32,000 nt of DNA from Candidatus Scalindua sp. (GTDB taxonomy: Bacteria > Planctomycetota > Brocadiia > Brocadiales > Scalinduaceae): positions 2,190,001 through 2,222,000 of the forward strand of contig JALDRA010000001.1 in assembly GCA_031316235.1 (NCBI GenBank), read 5' to 3'. The notes under the pieces were generated by a model. It saw only the letters and a program-made list of their open reading frames with translations, did no database searches and had not been told where the DNA came from. The position numbers and the translations under genes were made by a program. This document shows positions 1 through 7,793 of the stretch, one piece after another; position 1 is the first letter of the stretch; every line of letters begins with the position of its first letter.

Positions 1-881
1 CCTTCTAATGTCCACCATCCATGAGCAAAAATTTGATACGGTATTTCTATGCCTAACGACAGCAGCATTGCAGGCCATACAACACCATGGAACCACAGGA
101 TCTCCTTTCCTATTATCTGCACATCTGCCGGCCAATATTTCTTGAAGATCTCGGAGGCACTGGTATATTCAAGAGCTGTTATGTAATTGAATAGTGCATC
201 AACCCAGACATAAATAGTGTGGCTTGAATCCATTGGAACGGGAATACCCCATTCAACAGCAGCCCTGCTCACACTGATATCGTCTAAACCTTTTACGACC
301 CTTTTGTGTAGTTCGTTTCTCCGGGATTCAGGTTTTATGAAATCGGGATGTTCTTCAAGGTATTGTAAAAGGATTTTTTGAAATTTAGACAGCCTGAAAA
401 AATAATTTTTCTCCCTCAGTTTTTCCACTGAGCGATGGCATTCCGGGCAATTCCCGGAAATCAGCTGCATATCTGTCCAAAAACTTTCACATGGAACACA
501 ATACCACCCTTCATATTCTCCTAAATAAATATCGCCATTTTCGAAAAGTTTTTTACATATGCTTTCAACCTGCCTGATGTGACGCTCCTCAGAGGTCCTT
601 ATGAAGTCAGAGTGTAAAATATTACAGACTTCCCATAAGTGTTTGAAGACTTTTACCGTTCTGTCCGCTAACTCAACTGGCTTTTCATTATTTTCCCGGG
701 CAGCTTTCTCTATCTTTTGTCCATGTTCGTCTGTTCCGGTCAGGAAAAATACGTCATAACCCCTCATCCTCTTGTATCTCGCTAATACATCAGCAGCTAT
801 AGTCGTGTACGAATGGCCAATATGAGGTTTGTCATTAACATAATAAATCGGTGTTGTTACATAAAAGGTTTTTTTATTCAC
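1..881 (-). CDS. metG: methionyl-tRNA synthetase, N-terminal part (C-terminal part lies beyond the left window edge)
   Basis: Absent from the ORF track because it is open at the window edge. Reverse-strand translation from GTG at 881 reads VNKKTFYVTTPIYYVNDKPHIGHSYTTIAADVLA..., giving the class I HIGH motif. In the same frame come GWYCVPCESFWTDMQLISGNCPECHRSVEK (zinc knuckles, about 420-520) and FAHGWWT near position 20-50. The start overlaps the stop of the upstream gene by 8 nt (GTGAATAA). Confidence 0.9.
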   Translation of the reverse strand, partial: MNKKTFYVTTPIYYVNDKPHIGHSYTTIAADVLARYKRMRGYDVFFLTGTDEHGQKIEKAARENNEKPVELADRTVKVFKHLWEVCNILHSDFIRTSEERHIRQVESICKKLFENGDIYLGEYEGWYCVPCESFWTDMQLISGNCPECHRSVEKLREKNYFFRLSKFQKILLQYLEEHPDFIKPESRRNELHKRVVKGLDDISVSRAAVEWGIPVPMDSSHTIYVWVDALFNYITALEYTSASEIFKKYWPADVQIIGKEILWFHGVVWPAMLLSLGIEIPYQIFAHGWWTLE

Positions 882-1734
882 ATTCTTTCCCACAATTGGT
901 CGAACAGTTTTTTCTTACGTTAGTACGTTTTGTACTCTTTTTCTCTAAAATCTCACTATGAGACACCACCATTACCTTCTTATCCTTTGTTTCCATTGTT
1001 ACTTTTTGCTGAAGGACATCAAAATCAACAACTATGCCCTCACCTTTTGAAGTTTTTATAGAGGTCCCTCTTCTGGGAAGATGTTTTTTTAACGCTACAT
1101 ATGTATGATCTTCATATCGCAGGCAGCACATTAATCTGCCACATCTACCGGAAATCTTTGACGGATCAAGGGTCATTTTCTGGTTCTTTGCCATCCTCAT
1201 GGTGACAGGTTCCAGATCTTTCAAGAACGTTCTGCAGCAAAGTTCACGCCCACATTGCTGATACTCGGCCAACAATCTCGCCTCATCTCGAACACCTATC
1301 TGCTTGAGCTCAATCCTGGTTTTGTACTCCCTTGCCAGGTCTTTTACCAGCTCCCGGAAATCAATCCTGCCTTTTGCAAGAAAATAAAATATTATCTTTT
1401 TGCTTCCGAAAAGATGCTCTACCTTGGCAAGTTTCATTGGTAAATTATGCTCTTTAATTTTCTTCTTGCAGAAACGGTATTCTGAAGGTACAAGCTCTTC
1501 TTCTATATCCTGCTGTTTTTTTTTATCTTCTTCTGTTGCCTTGGAAAGAACCTCTCCCAGGGTTACCGACCCGGCTTCAACATTTTCTTGCTCATGCGAA
1601 ACAACTTCTCCAAATTCGATCCCGCGTGATGTCCGTATAATTATCTGGTCATCTTTCCTCAAAGCGGAAATCTTTGTAGTAAAATTGCCTATATTTTTTA
1701 AAATACCGTATCTTACGGTTATCTGGTAGTTCAT
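874..1734 (-). CDS. PSP1 C-terminal domain protein (B. subtilis YaaT/RicT-like)
   Basis: 286-aa ORF. The segment LAKVEHLFGSKKIIFYFLAKGRIDFRELVKDLAREYKTRIELKQIGVRDEARLL followed by the Cys pairs CGRELCC and CGRLMCC is the hallmark of the PSP1/YaaT family. It is coupled to metG by an 8-nt overlap. Confidence 0.8.
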   Translation of the reverse strand: MNYQITVRYGILKNIGNFTTKISALRKDDQIIIRTSRGIEFGEVVSHEQENVEAGSVTLGEVLSKATEEDKKKQQDIEEELVPSEYRFCKKKIKEHNLPMKLAKVEHLFGSKKIIFYFLAKGRIDFRELVKDLAREYKTRIELKQIGVRDEARLLAEYQQCGRELCCRTFLKDLEPVTMRMAKNQKMTLDPSKISGRCGRLMCCLRYEDHTYVALKKHLPRRGTSIKTSKGEGIVVDFDVLQQKVTMETKDKKVMVVSHSEILEKKSTKRTNVRKNCSTNCGKECE

Positions 1735-1980
1735 GATTATTTTATGTTATTTTTTCTACACGAATAACTTACTTCATACGTAAGGAAAATGAGAAAAACA
1801 TCACAATAATACCAATACTTCACTCATGTTACAATTTTAAAATGCTTTATCTTTATACTAGTCATAAATTTATCTTTTTGTCCAAACAAACTCGTTGATT
1901 ATCAATATGTTTTCTATATGATTAACAGTAAGTAAGACAGAAGCTTTGTTCAATTTGTCATAAAAAAGGTTAAGGAGAAT

Positions 1981-3018
1981 GTGTTAATGGGCCTATTAGT
2001 ACTATATTTTTTGCTGGCAATCGGTGTCTCTTTTCTGTGCTCCATCTTGGAATCAGTTTTGCTTTCTATCAACGTCTCGTATATCTCTGTTTTGGAAAAG
2101 GAGAGACCGAAAGTCGGAAAACTCTTAAAAATGTTAAAAAAAGATGTGAATAAATCTATCGCATCGATTCTGGTACTTAACACGATTGCAAACACGTTGG
2201 GTGCTACCGGTGTTGGTGCTCAGGCAGGGAGAATTTTTGGTAGCAGTATTGTGTTTTATGTATCTGTAGCATTAGTTTTTTCGATTCTTTTCATTTCAGA
2301 GATTATTCCAAAAACGATAGGAGCGATTTATTGGAGAAAATTAGCTCCGTTTTCGGCGTATTGCATAAAGTTTTTTTTATACATTACCTTTCCAATTGTT
2401 TTAATAACACTTTTTGTTACAAACAGAATTTCAAAAGACAAGAAAGATGTATATACTCTAACCAGGGCAGAACTTTTAGAGAGCACGTTTCTCAGTCAAT
2501 ATGAGGGCATTATTGATCAAAAAGAATCAGATGTCATAGAGAATGTGCTGCATATGGAGCAGATCAAGGTAAAGGAAGTCTTAACTCCCAAGTCAGTTAT
2601 GTTTGCTGTTGATGGCAGTAGGAAGGTGAAAGACATTATTACGGAAGAAGATATCTTTAATTTTTCAAGAATGCCCGTATATGATGGCACGATTGACAAT
2701 GTCACCGGCCTGGTGTTGGTCAAGAAACTATTTTCACAGGCATTTAAGGATGCGGACGTAACCATAGATGAGATAAAGAAAGATATCTACAAAATTAATG
2801 AAAATATTCCTGTTTCTAAAGTTTTAGACCTCTTCATCAAGAAAAAGGACCATATGTTCCTGGTAGTAGATGGTTATGATCAAACGGAAGGTATTGTAAC
2901 CCTTGAGGATTGTATTGAAACTTTGCTTGGTGTAGAGATAGTAGATGAAAGCGATAATGTTGAAGACATGAGACAATTTGCTAAACAGAAGATAAAGTTG
3001 AAACAGAAGGGGATGTAA
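1981..3018 (+). CDS. CNNM/DUF21 transmembrane domain + CBS-pair protein (CorB/hemolysin-like divalent cation transporter family)
   Basis: 345 aa with a GTG start at 1981 preceded by AAGGAG (1972-1977). The N-terminal half is hydrophobic with multiple TM segments. Two CBS-like modules follow (VKEVLTPKSVMFAV...; HMFLVVDGYDQTEGIVTLEDCIETLLG). The protein ends right after the CBS pair, with no CorC_HlyC-type tail. Confidence 0.8.
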   Translation: MLMGLLVLYFLLAIGVSFLCSILESVLLSINVSYISVLEKERPKVGKLLKMLKKDVNKSIASILVLNTIANTLGATGVGAQAGRIFGSSIVFYVSVALVFSILFISEIIPKTIGAIYWRKLAPFSAYCIKFFLYITFPIVLITLFVTNRISKDKKDVYTLTRAELLESTFLSQYEGIIDQKESDVIENVLHMEQIKVKEVLTPKSVMFAVDGSRKVKDIITEEDIFNFSRMPVYDGTIDNVTGLVLVKKLFSQAFKDADVTIDEIKKDIYKINENIPVSKVLDLFIKKKDHMFLVVDGYDQTEGIVTLEDCIETLLGVEIVDESDNVEDMRQFAKQKIKLKQKGM

Positions 3019-3080
3019 TACCTCTCGCAATAACGATGGAAACCTGTAGCCTTTATCTCTACGTGAAACATTCCGAACCA

Positions 3081-3170
3081 CTTCGTTGCTCTTGACTTAC
3101 TGAATCCTCAGTGCAGGTCAGGCTATCCGCTTGTCCCGTTCGTTCAGACCTGACCTGAAACGGGGAGCGG
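3081..3170 (+). repeat. Post-stop structured repeat, copy A (deletion variant of the family also seen at 18782-18868 and 19941-20052)
   Basis: It shares CTTCGTTGCT (10/10) with 19961-19970, then TCCTCA, TATCCGCTT (versus GTTCCGGTT) and GTTCGTTCAGA (versus GTTTCGTTCAAG) in the same order. It carries its own perfect 9-bp stem, CAGGTCAGG 3114-3122 / CCTGACCTG 3149-3157. It starts 63 nt after the stop of the CNNM gene. Confidence 0.6.
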
Positions 3171-3322
3171 TAAATTACCAAAATTTTTTTCTGAGCCCGA
3201 AGGCTATTCTTATCTCTAATTTTTCCTCTCCTTGCATCAAGTTTTCATTACACTCATGTATGCCTCTTCCAGAAATCATTTTGCAATGGGCATAAGAAGA
3301 AAACGACAGATATACTAAAACC

Positions 3323-3355
3323 GATCTGGTTTCCGGTTTTACCGGAAACCAGATC
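3323..3355. other. Perfect 15-bp hairpin/palindrome (GATCTGGTTTCCGGT ttt ACCGGAAACCAGATC), function unknown
   Basis: Read directly: 3323-3337 is the exact reverse complement of 3341-3355, with a 3-nt spacer. It is flanked by a further 5-bp complement, TATAC 3311-3315 / GTATA 3365-3369. It lies in a 540-bp gene-free gap. Confidence 0.9.
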
Positions 3356-3385
3356 TTGGTGAAGGTATACTCGCTCAATTTTATC

Positions 3386-3422
3386 TCGGATTTTATCCGA
3401 ACACCCTTATGAGATGAGTATA
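3386..3422 (+). repeat. Hairpin-plus-box repeat, copy 1 (TCGGATtttATCCGA + ..TATGAGATGAGTATA)
   Basis: A 16-nt exact match (TCGGATTTTATCCGAA) to 21985-22000, followed by 15/21 identities ending in AGATGAGTA. Same orientation as copy 2. It lies about 175 nt upstream of the orphan gene starting at 3595. Confidence 0.75.
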
Positions 3423-3594
3423 GTTGGCAATTATTATCTCTCAAGTTTTTGCCAAACTTTCCGATATTGAGAGCAGTTAAAAGTCATAAATATTTTATCT
3501 GAAGGAAAAGTGTCCTACGGTGGAGTGACTGTCATGCCGGAACATCTTAATTTTTAATTGAGTGAAAAATTTTTTTGAGAACAGGGGGTATTGT

Positions 3595-3810
3595 ATGGAA
3601 GCAAACAGATTTTTTCAAAATGATTATCAATCTGAAATTTTGAGTGAAGAAGAGAACAACGAAGAGGAAAATGCATTTAAAAAGATATTACATGAAGAAT
3701 ATAAACAGCTTATGCAGTTGGTCAACGACGCACAGGAAAATGGAACAACCGTACAGTTATACCAACAATGTCATCCCAGAGATTTTGGGAATTTGTTTTC
3801 CGAAGAATAG
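3595..3810 (+). CDS. hypothetical small acidic protein (71 aa from ATG 3595)
   Basis: The ORF track gives 3562-3810. ATG at 3595 is preceded by AGGGGG. The sequence is Glu/Asn-rich (SEEENNEEENAF) with no recognisable family. The local region is AT-rich. Confidence 0.35.
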   Translation: MEANRFFQNDYQSEILSEEENNEEENAFKKILHEEYKQLMQLVNDAQENGTTVQLYQQCHPRDFGNLFSEE

Positions 3811-3848
3811 TCTATTTCAATTATATAATTTGTCTCTATGATTTTATT

Positions 3849-4490
3849 ATGAGTATTTTAAAAAAGCTGAGTACAGGGTTTTTCAATAAAACGAACAATG
3901 TTTTTTACAAAAGAAGAGCAGTAGACGGCTATATTCATATGTGTGAAAGCCTGTACGCGAATTGTGAACCCCTTCTGCCAAACAAAGACCCCCATGAATA
4001 TTTGATGACAGTGCTGGGATTAATCTGGATTAAGTCTGGAGCGCTTAAAGAAACTCAACTGGGAGAACCCGACCAATTTGGAGAAATTCTCAACTATACG
4101 TTAATTCCTGCCTGTATAACGCCTCCTTTTCAACAAAGCATACTTGCATATAAACTGATAAGGGAGGACAAGGAACTTTTTGCATACCTGATGTCAGAAT
4201 ATCCAAGTTTTCATAAAGAGAGCACTAAACTCATGCAAACAGTATTGGATGTAAAAAAAAATGGTTCCCTGAAGGAGCTCTATGCTCGATATAACAAAAA
4301 CCAGGCATACTTACAATTACTTTTCTCTTCTGATAAGGGGGGGAACAATAGACTTTATTGCTTTGATCATGATGGGAGCAGGAAGAGTAATGCATGCATA
4401 TCGTATAATAATATAGGTGCCGAGATAATACAATCTATCGGTAAGGCTGAGAAAATAATAGATACAGAGCATCTCATTTTCTTCAGATAA
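3849..4490 (+). CDS. hypothetical protein (213 aa from ATG 3849)
   Basis: Long ORF (track 3768-4490). The likely start is MSILKKLSTGFF at 3849, because the upstream in-frame part overlaps the previous ORF. No motif recognised. Confidence 0.5.
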   Translation: MSILKKLSTGFFNKTNNVFYKRRAVDGYIHMCESLYANCEPLLPNKDPHEYLMTVLGLIWIKSGALKETQLGEPDQFGEILNYTLIPACITPPFQQSILAYKLIREDKELFAYLMSEYPSFHKESTKLMQTVLDVKKNGSLKELYARYNKNQAYLQLLFSSDKGGNNRLYCFDHDGSRKSNACISYNNIGAEIIQSIGKAEKIIDTEHLIFFR

Positions 4491-4563
4491 AAAAAGATAC
4501 CCATGAAGTTCCCCTCAATAACCCGCTCTGTTCCAAGCGGATAGATTGCCTTGAGAGGTGACA

Positions 4564-6126
4564 TTATACAGCATATCTTTGAACAAAAATCATTGATAAT
4601 AAAATTGCTCCAAAATAGATAACCAGGAGCAGATAAAATACTATCCACCGTCGTTCTGCTTTTAAAATATCATTCCCCTTCAGCGTGTACTTGTTTACCT
4701 GATCCCATCGGGGAGGTGTCGTCCACTGGCTTATGATTAAGGTGACAAGTACCGACACCGCCATTCCAAGCAGATTCCACCACATCCAGAACAACTCTTG
4801 GATCTTGAGCCACAGAAAGAGGTTGAAGGCCACACCGGCCACAACACCGATAAAGATACCTTTCGCTGTTGCCCGTTTTGTCAATACTCCCATCAGAAAT
4901 GAAGCCAGAATCGGGCCATAAAAGGCAGAACCGATCATATTGATACTCTCAAGAATCGTTTTGGAGATATTCCCGACGATAAATGCAAAACCTGAAATAA
5001 TAAGGCCCCACATGATTGTAGAGAGTTTACTCAGCAGCAGGATCCGCTTTTCTGAAAGACCTTGCTTCCTTTCAACAAAGTCACGCATCGTGCAAGCGGA
5101 GAGAGAGTTAAGGGCGGAATCCAGGCTGGACATCGCTGCAGCTAATATTGCAGCAAAGAGAATTGCTCGTACACCGGGAGGCACGTACATTAGTATAAAC
5201 TGCGGAACAAGGTAATCCAGATGATCGGCAGGTACAGCTTTCTGTAAGTCGACCGAATGGAGAAAGACCGCACCAACAGCTATCCCCAGAATAATGTAAC
5301 AAATTGTCAGTGGGAAGCGGGCAAAGCCGTTAAAGAAAAGTGACCGCTTGGTGTCATCCAGTGAAGGTGCTGAGAGTTCACGTTGTACCTGACTCTGGTC
5401 CGTACCATAATAGGATATATAGAGAAAAAAACCACCGACAAGAAATCCCCAAAATGTCGACATATCAATAGTATGGCAACGTTCTGGGGGAAATGACTCT
5501 AACATGATCCAAAAACCGCCCTGGTCAGCTGCCGCATACGCTACGCACAAAGTTATTCCACAAAGGAGAATAACCATCTGAACTACGTCAGAATACACTA
5601 CCGCTGCTATTCCACCAATAGTATCATAAATAATTGTTACGATACCGATAATCAAGATATTTAACCAGAGGGGAGTGTTCATGCAGACGGAAAGTACGAT
5701 GGCAATAGCATAAACACCTACACCGGTTGCCAGTGCCCGACTTATCAGGAAAACACTGCTCACCAGATAACGTACTGACAGCCCGAACCGTAATTCCAGA
5801 TATTCATATACGCTGACGAGTTCCAGTTTTCGGAAAAAGGGAATAAGACATACCATGACTACAATCATTGAAAGAGGTACGGCCATCTCATACTGCAGCA
5901 GGGTGAGGCCTCCAACCGGGGATAGTGCTACAAAGGCGGGGATAGAGATAAAGCTGACCGCTGAGGTTTGAGTTGCCATGGTAGACGTACCAACTGCCCA
6001 CCAGGGAAGGTTTCTCCCCCCAACGTAATAATCATCCTGATTTGATTGCTTCCGTCCGAGAAAGACGCTTAAACCGATCATACCTGTGAGATATACAGCA
6101 ATAATAGACCAGTCAAATGTATTCAT
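4564..6126 (-). CDS. sodium:solute symporter family (SSF/SLC5-type) transporter
   Basis: 520 aa, polytopic. The N-terminal signature DDYYVGGRNLPWWAVGTSTMATQTSAVSFISIPAF is typical of SSF transporters. Substrate not assignable. Confidence 0.85.
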   Translation of the reverse strand: MNTFDWSIIAVYLTGMIGLSVFLGRKQSNQDDYYVGGRNLPWWAVGTSTMATQTSAVSFISIPAFVALSPVGGLTLLQYEMAVPLSMIVVMVCLIPFFRKLELVSVYEYLELRFGLSVRYLVSSVFLISRALATGVGVYAIAIVLSVCMNTPLWLNILIIGIVTIIYDTIGGIAAVVYSDVVQMVILLCGITLCVAYAAADQGGFWIMLESFPPERCHTIDMSTFWGFLVGGFFLYISYYGTDQSQVQRELSAPSLDDTKRSLFFNGFARFPLTICYIILGIAVGAVFLHSVDLQKAVPADHLDYLVPQFILMYVPPGVRAILFAAILAAAMSSLDSALNSLSACTMRDFVERKQGLSEKRILLLSKLSTIMWGLIISGFAFIVGNISKTILESINMIGSAFYGPILASFLMGVLTKRATAKGIFIGVVAGVAFNLFLWLKIQELFWMWWNLLGMAVSVLVTLIISQWTTPPRWDQVNKYTLKGNDILKAERRWIVFYLLLVIYFGAILLSMIFVQRYAV

Positions 6127-6171
6127 AATGGTGACCAGAAAATGGGGAGCAAATGTATTGTTTTACTGAAT

Positions 6172-6771
6172 TCAGATATCTTTCCAGTCAATAAATTTAG
6201 GAAGTGTTTCCGATGTATGGTGCTGAATCAGCATATCTAACAGTTTTTCCGGCGAATGAGACTTGAGGATTAAGTGTCGATATTTTGCTTGTACAAAACG
6301 TTCCTTGTGTACGTGATTGAGAAACTCCAGCAACAGGTCAAAAAATCCTTCCACATTGAGCAAACCTATAGGTTTGGAATGTAATCCTAACTGAGCCCAT
6401 GTTACGACTTCAAAAAGTTCCTCAAGGGTACCAAAACCACCGGGCATTGCAATAAACCCATCGGATAATTCTTCCATCATAGCCTTGCGTTCATGCATGC
6501 TTGCAACCAGTCGTAATTCTGTCAGGCCTGAGTGTGCAACCTCTTTCTTCGCCAGGGAATGAGGGATTACGCCGATAACTTCCCCCTTTTTCTGTAAAAC
6601 AGCATCTGCTATGATGCCCATAAGACCCACATCACCCCCACCATAGACAAGTCCCAGGCCCTTCGATACAATCGCCTTGCCAAGTTGCTGCGCAACATCT
6701 GTATACGCAATCCGGGCACCTCTGTTTGAACCGCAGAAGACGCAGATACGTTTCATTGTATTTGTTCCCAT
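6172..6771 (-). CDS. LOG family protein (TIGR00730 / cytokinin riboside 5'-monophosphate phosphoribohydrolase-like)
   Basis: Contains KRICVFCGS, GLVYGGGDVGLMG and the PGGFGTLEELFE motif (PGGxGTxxE). An alternative start is the Met six codons in (MKRICVF). Confidence 0.9.
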   Translation of the reverse strand: MGTNTMKRICVFCGSNRGARIAYTDVAQQLGKAIVSKGLGLVYGGGDVGLMGIIADAVLQKKGEVIGVIPHSLAKKEVAHSGLTELRLVASMHERKAMMEELSDGFIAMPGGFGTLEELFEVVTWAQLGLHSKPIGLLNVEGFFDLLLEFLNHVHKERFVQAKYRHLILKSHSPEKLLDMLIQHHTSETLPKFIDWKDI

Positions 6772-6795
6772 TTCTTTATCTTAATCCTGCACATG

Positions 6796-7770
6796 TTAGT
6801 GCGGGGTTCCTGTCCGCCCCTTTTTCCCAACAAGCTTCAGCAACTGGTGTTTCATGATACTCTTGATAACCCTTATGATGTCGAAGCCTATCGGTTTGAG
6901 TTCCGGAAGGATAAAATCTTCCACCCTCGCAGAAGAGAGTTCACTGCCGACAATTTCTATCCTGGAAAGATCCTGCTCCCCTGTTTGTAACCGTTCAGCT
7001 GCTCTGAGGACCGGAACGTTCTGTGGATTGACGAAAAGCAGCTCTGCAACAACACGGTCAAGGGCAATGCAGTCGATGGCCCCGACAAGGAGCGAGACAT
7101 CTTTCGGCAATCCACCTGTCGGCCCTTTTTCCTCCATGGCCATGATACTATCAAGGATGGTAAATGATGGTTTAACCATCTGATAATTGGCAATGAGCAT
7201 ATCTGCATACCACTCCAGATCATTCTTTGCCATAAAGTGTCTCCAGACTTTCCGCTTTCCGCTTACGCAACCGTACATATTCTTTATCCCTGCGGTATAG
7301 AGCAGTTGAACATGAGCCTTTAATTTCGGAAGATTGATTATGGCATCAACATCAAGCGCTTTTCCTGAAACCGTTAAGGTAAATTTTTTCCCTCCACATT
7401 CAACAGACACCTTACGTGGTTTGTCCAGCTCGATTATTTTGATACCTAAATTACGGGCAACCTTATCCAGCCCCACATAGCTCGTTATCTTCTTCATGGA
7501 TCCGAATGCCGGGCTGTCACCTATTACCGGCACGGCACCTGCGTCAAGGACCTTTCGTGCAACCGTTTCTATCACTACAGGATGTGTTATCACACATTTT
7601 CTCGGGCTGCTCGCTTTCAGGAAATTTGGTTTGAGAAGAACCTTGTCTCCTTGTTTGACAATACTTTCAATCCCGCCAAAATAAGAAAAGGTCTTATCTA
7701 TTGCATCAGAAACCTCTTTTTGAGAATAACTGCTGCATCGTACCAGTGAAATTTTATTCAAATTTGTCAT
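6796..7770 (-). CDS. DUF362 domain protein (cytoplasmic paralogue)
   Basis: 324 aa. GDKVLLKPNFL and LPKLKAHVQLLYTAGIKNMYGCV match the DUF362 pattern. It is paralogous to 20217-21218 (GDRVIIKPNIA / AKQHGTSRLSMALKNTLGMV). No signal peptide. Confidence 0.75.
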   Translation of the reverse strand: MTNLNKISLVRCSSYSQKEVSDAIDKTFSYFGGIESIVKQGDKVLLKPNFLKASSPRKCVITHPVVIETVARKVLDAGAVPVIGDSPAFGSMKKITSYVGLDKVARNLGIKIIELDKPRKVSVECGGKKFTLTVSGKALDVDAIINLPKLKAHVQLLYTAGIKNMYGCVSGKRKVWRHFMAKNDLEWYADMLIANYQMVKPSFTILDSIMAMEEKGPTGGLPKDVSLLVGAIDCIALDRVVAELLFVNPQNVPVLRAAERLQTGEQDLSRIEIVGSELSSARVEDFILPELKPIGFDIIRVIKSIMKHQLLKLVGKKGRTGTPH

Positions 7771-7793
7771 GTTATTTCCCCTTAACGAGATTC

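Noticed and set aside
1255-1729. Plus-strand ORFs antisense to the PSP1 gene. The same applies to the many 60-170-aa ORFs antisense to metG, the symporter, DUF362, cca, murD, trpE, hemL, tatC and the SPFH genes listed in the track.
   Set aside because: All are fully nested in, and antisense to, long ORFs with clear family signatures. They show low-complexity or Ser/Cys/Leu-rich compositions typical of shadow ORFs.
3111-3160. CAGGTCAGG, reminiscent of the SRP (4.5S) RNA CCAGGUCAGGUCCGGAAGGAAGCAGCC region
   Set aside because: The GGAAGCAGC tetraloop-proximal motif and the symmetric/asymmetric loop sequences are absent. The similarity is limited to 9 nt that form the stem of repeat copy A.
3175-3444. 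89-aa minus-strand ORF covering the perfect hairpin and the hairpin-box repeat
   Set aside because: The ORF is made of the palindromic and repeat sequence itself, and has no RBS or recognisable family. The region is better explained as non-coding repeats.
3562-4490. The overlapping ORFs 3562-3810 and 3768-4490 as one frameshifted gene
   Set aside because: The in-frame N-terminal extension of the second ORF (MSSQRFWEFVFRRIVYFNYIICLYDFI) looks non-coding, and a good ATG exists at 3849. Two separate genes is the simpler reading, and I cannot see homology that would bridge them.
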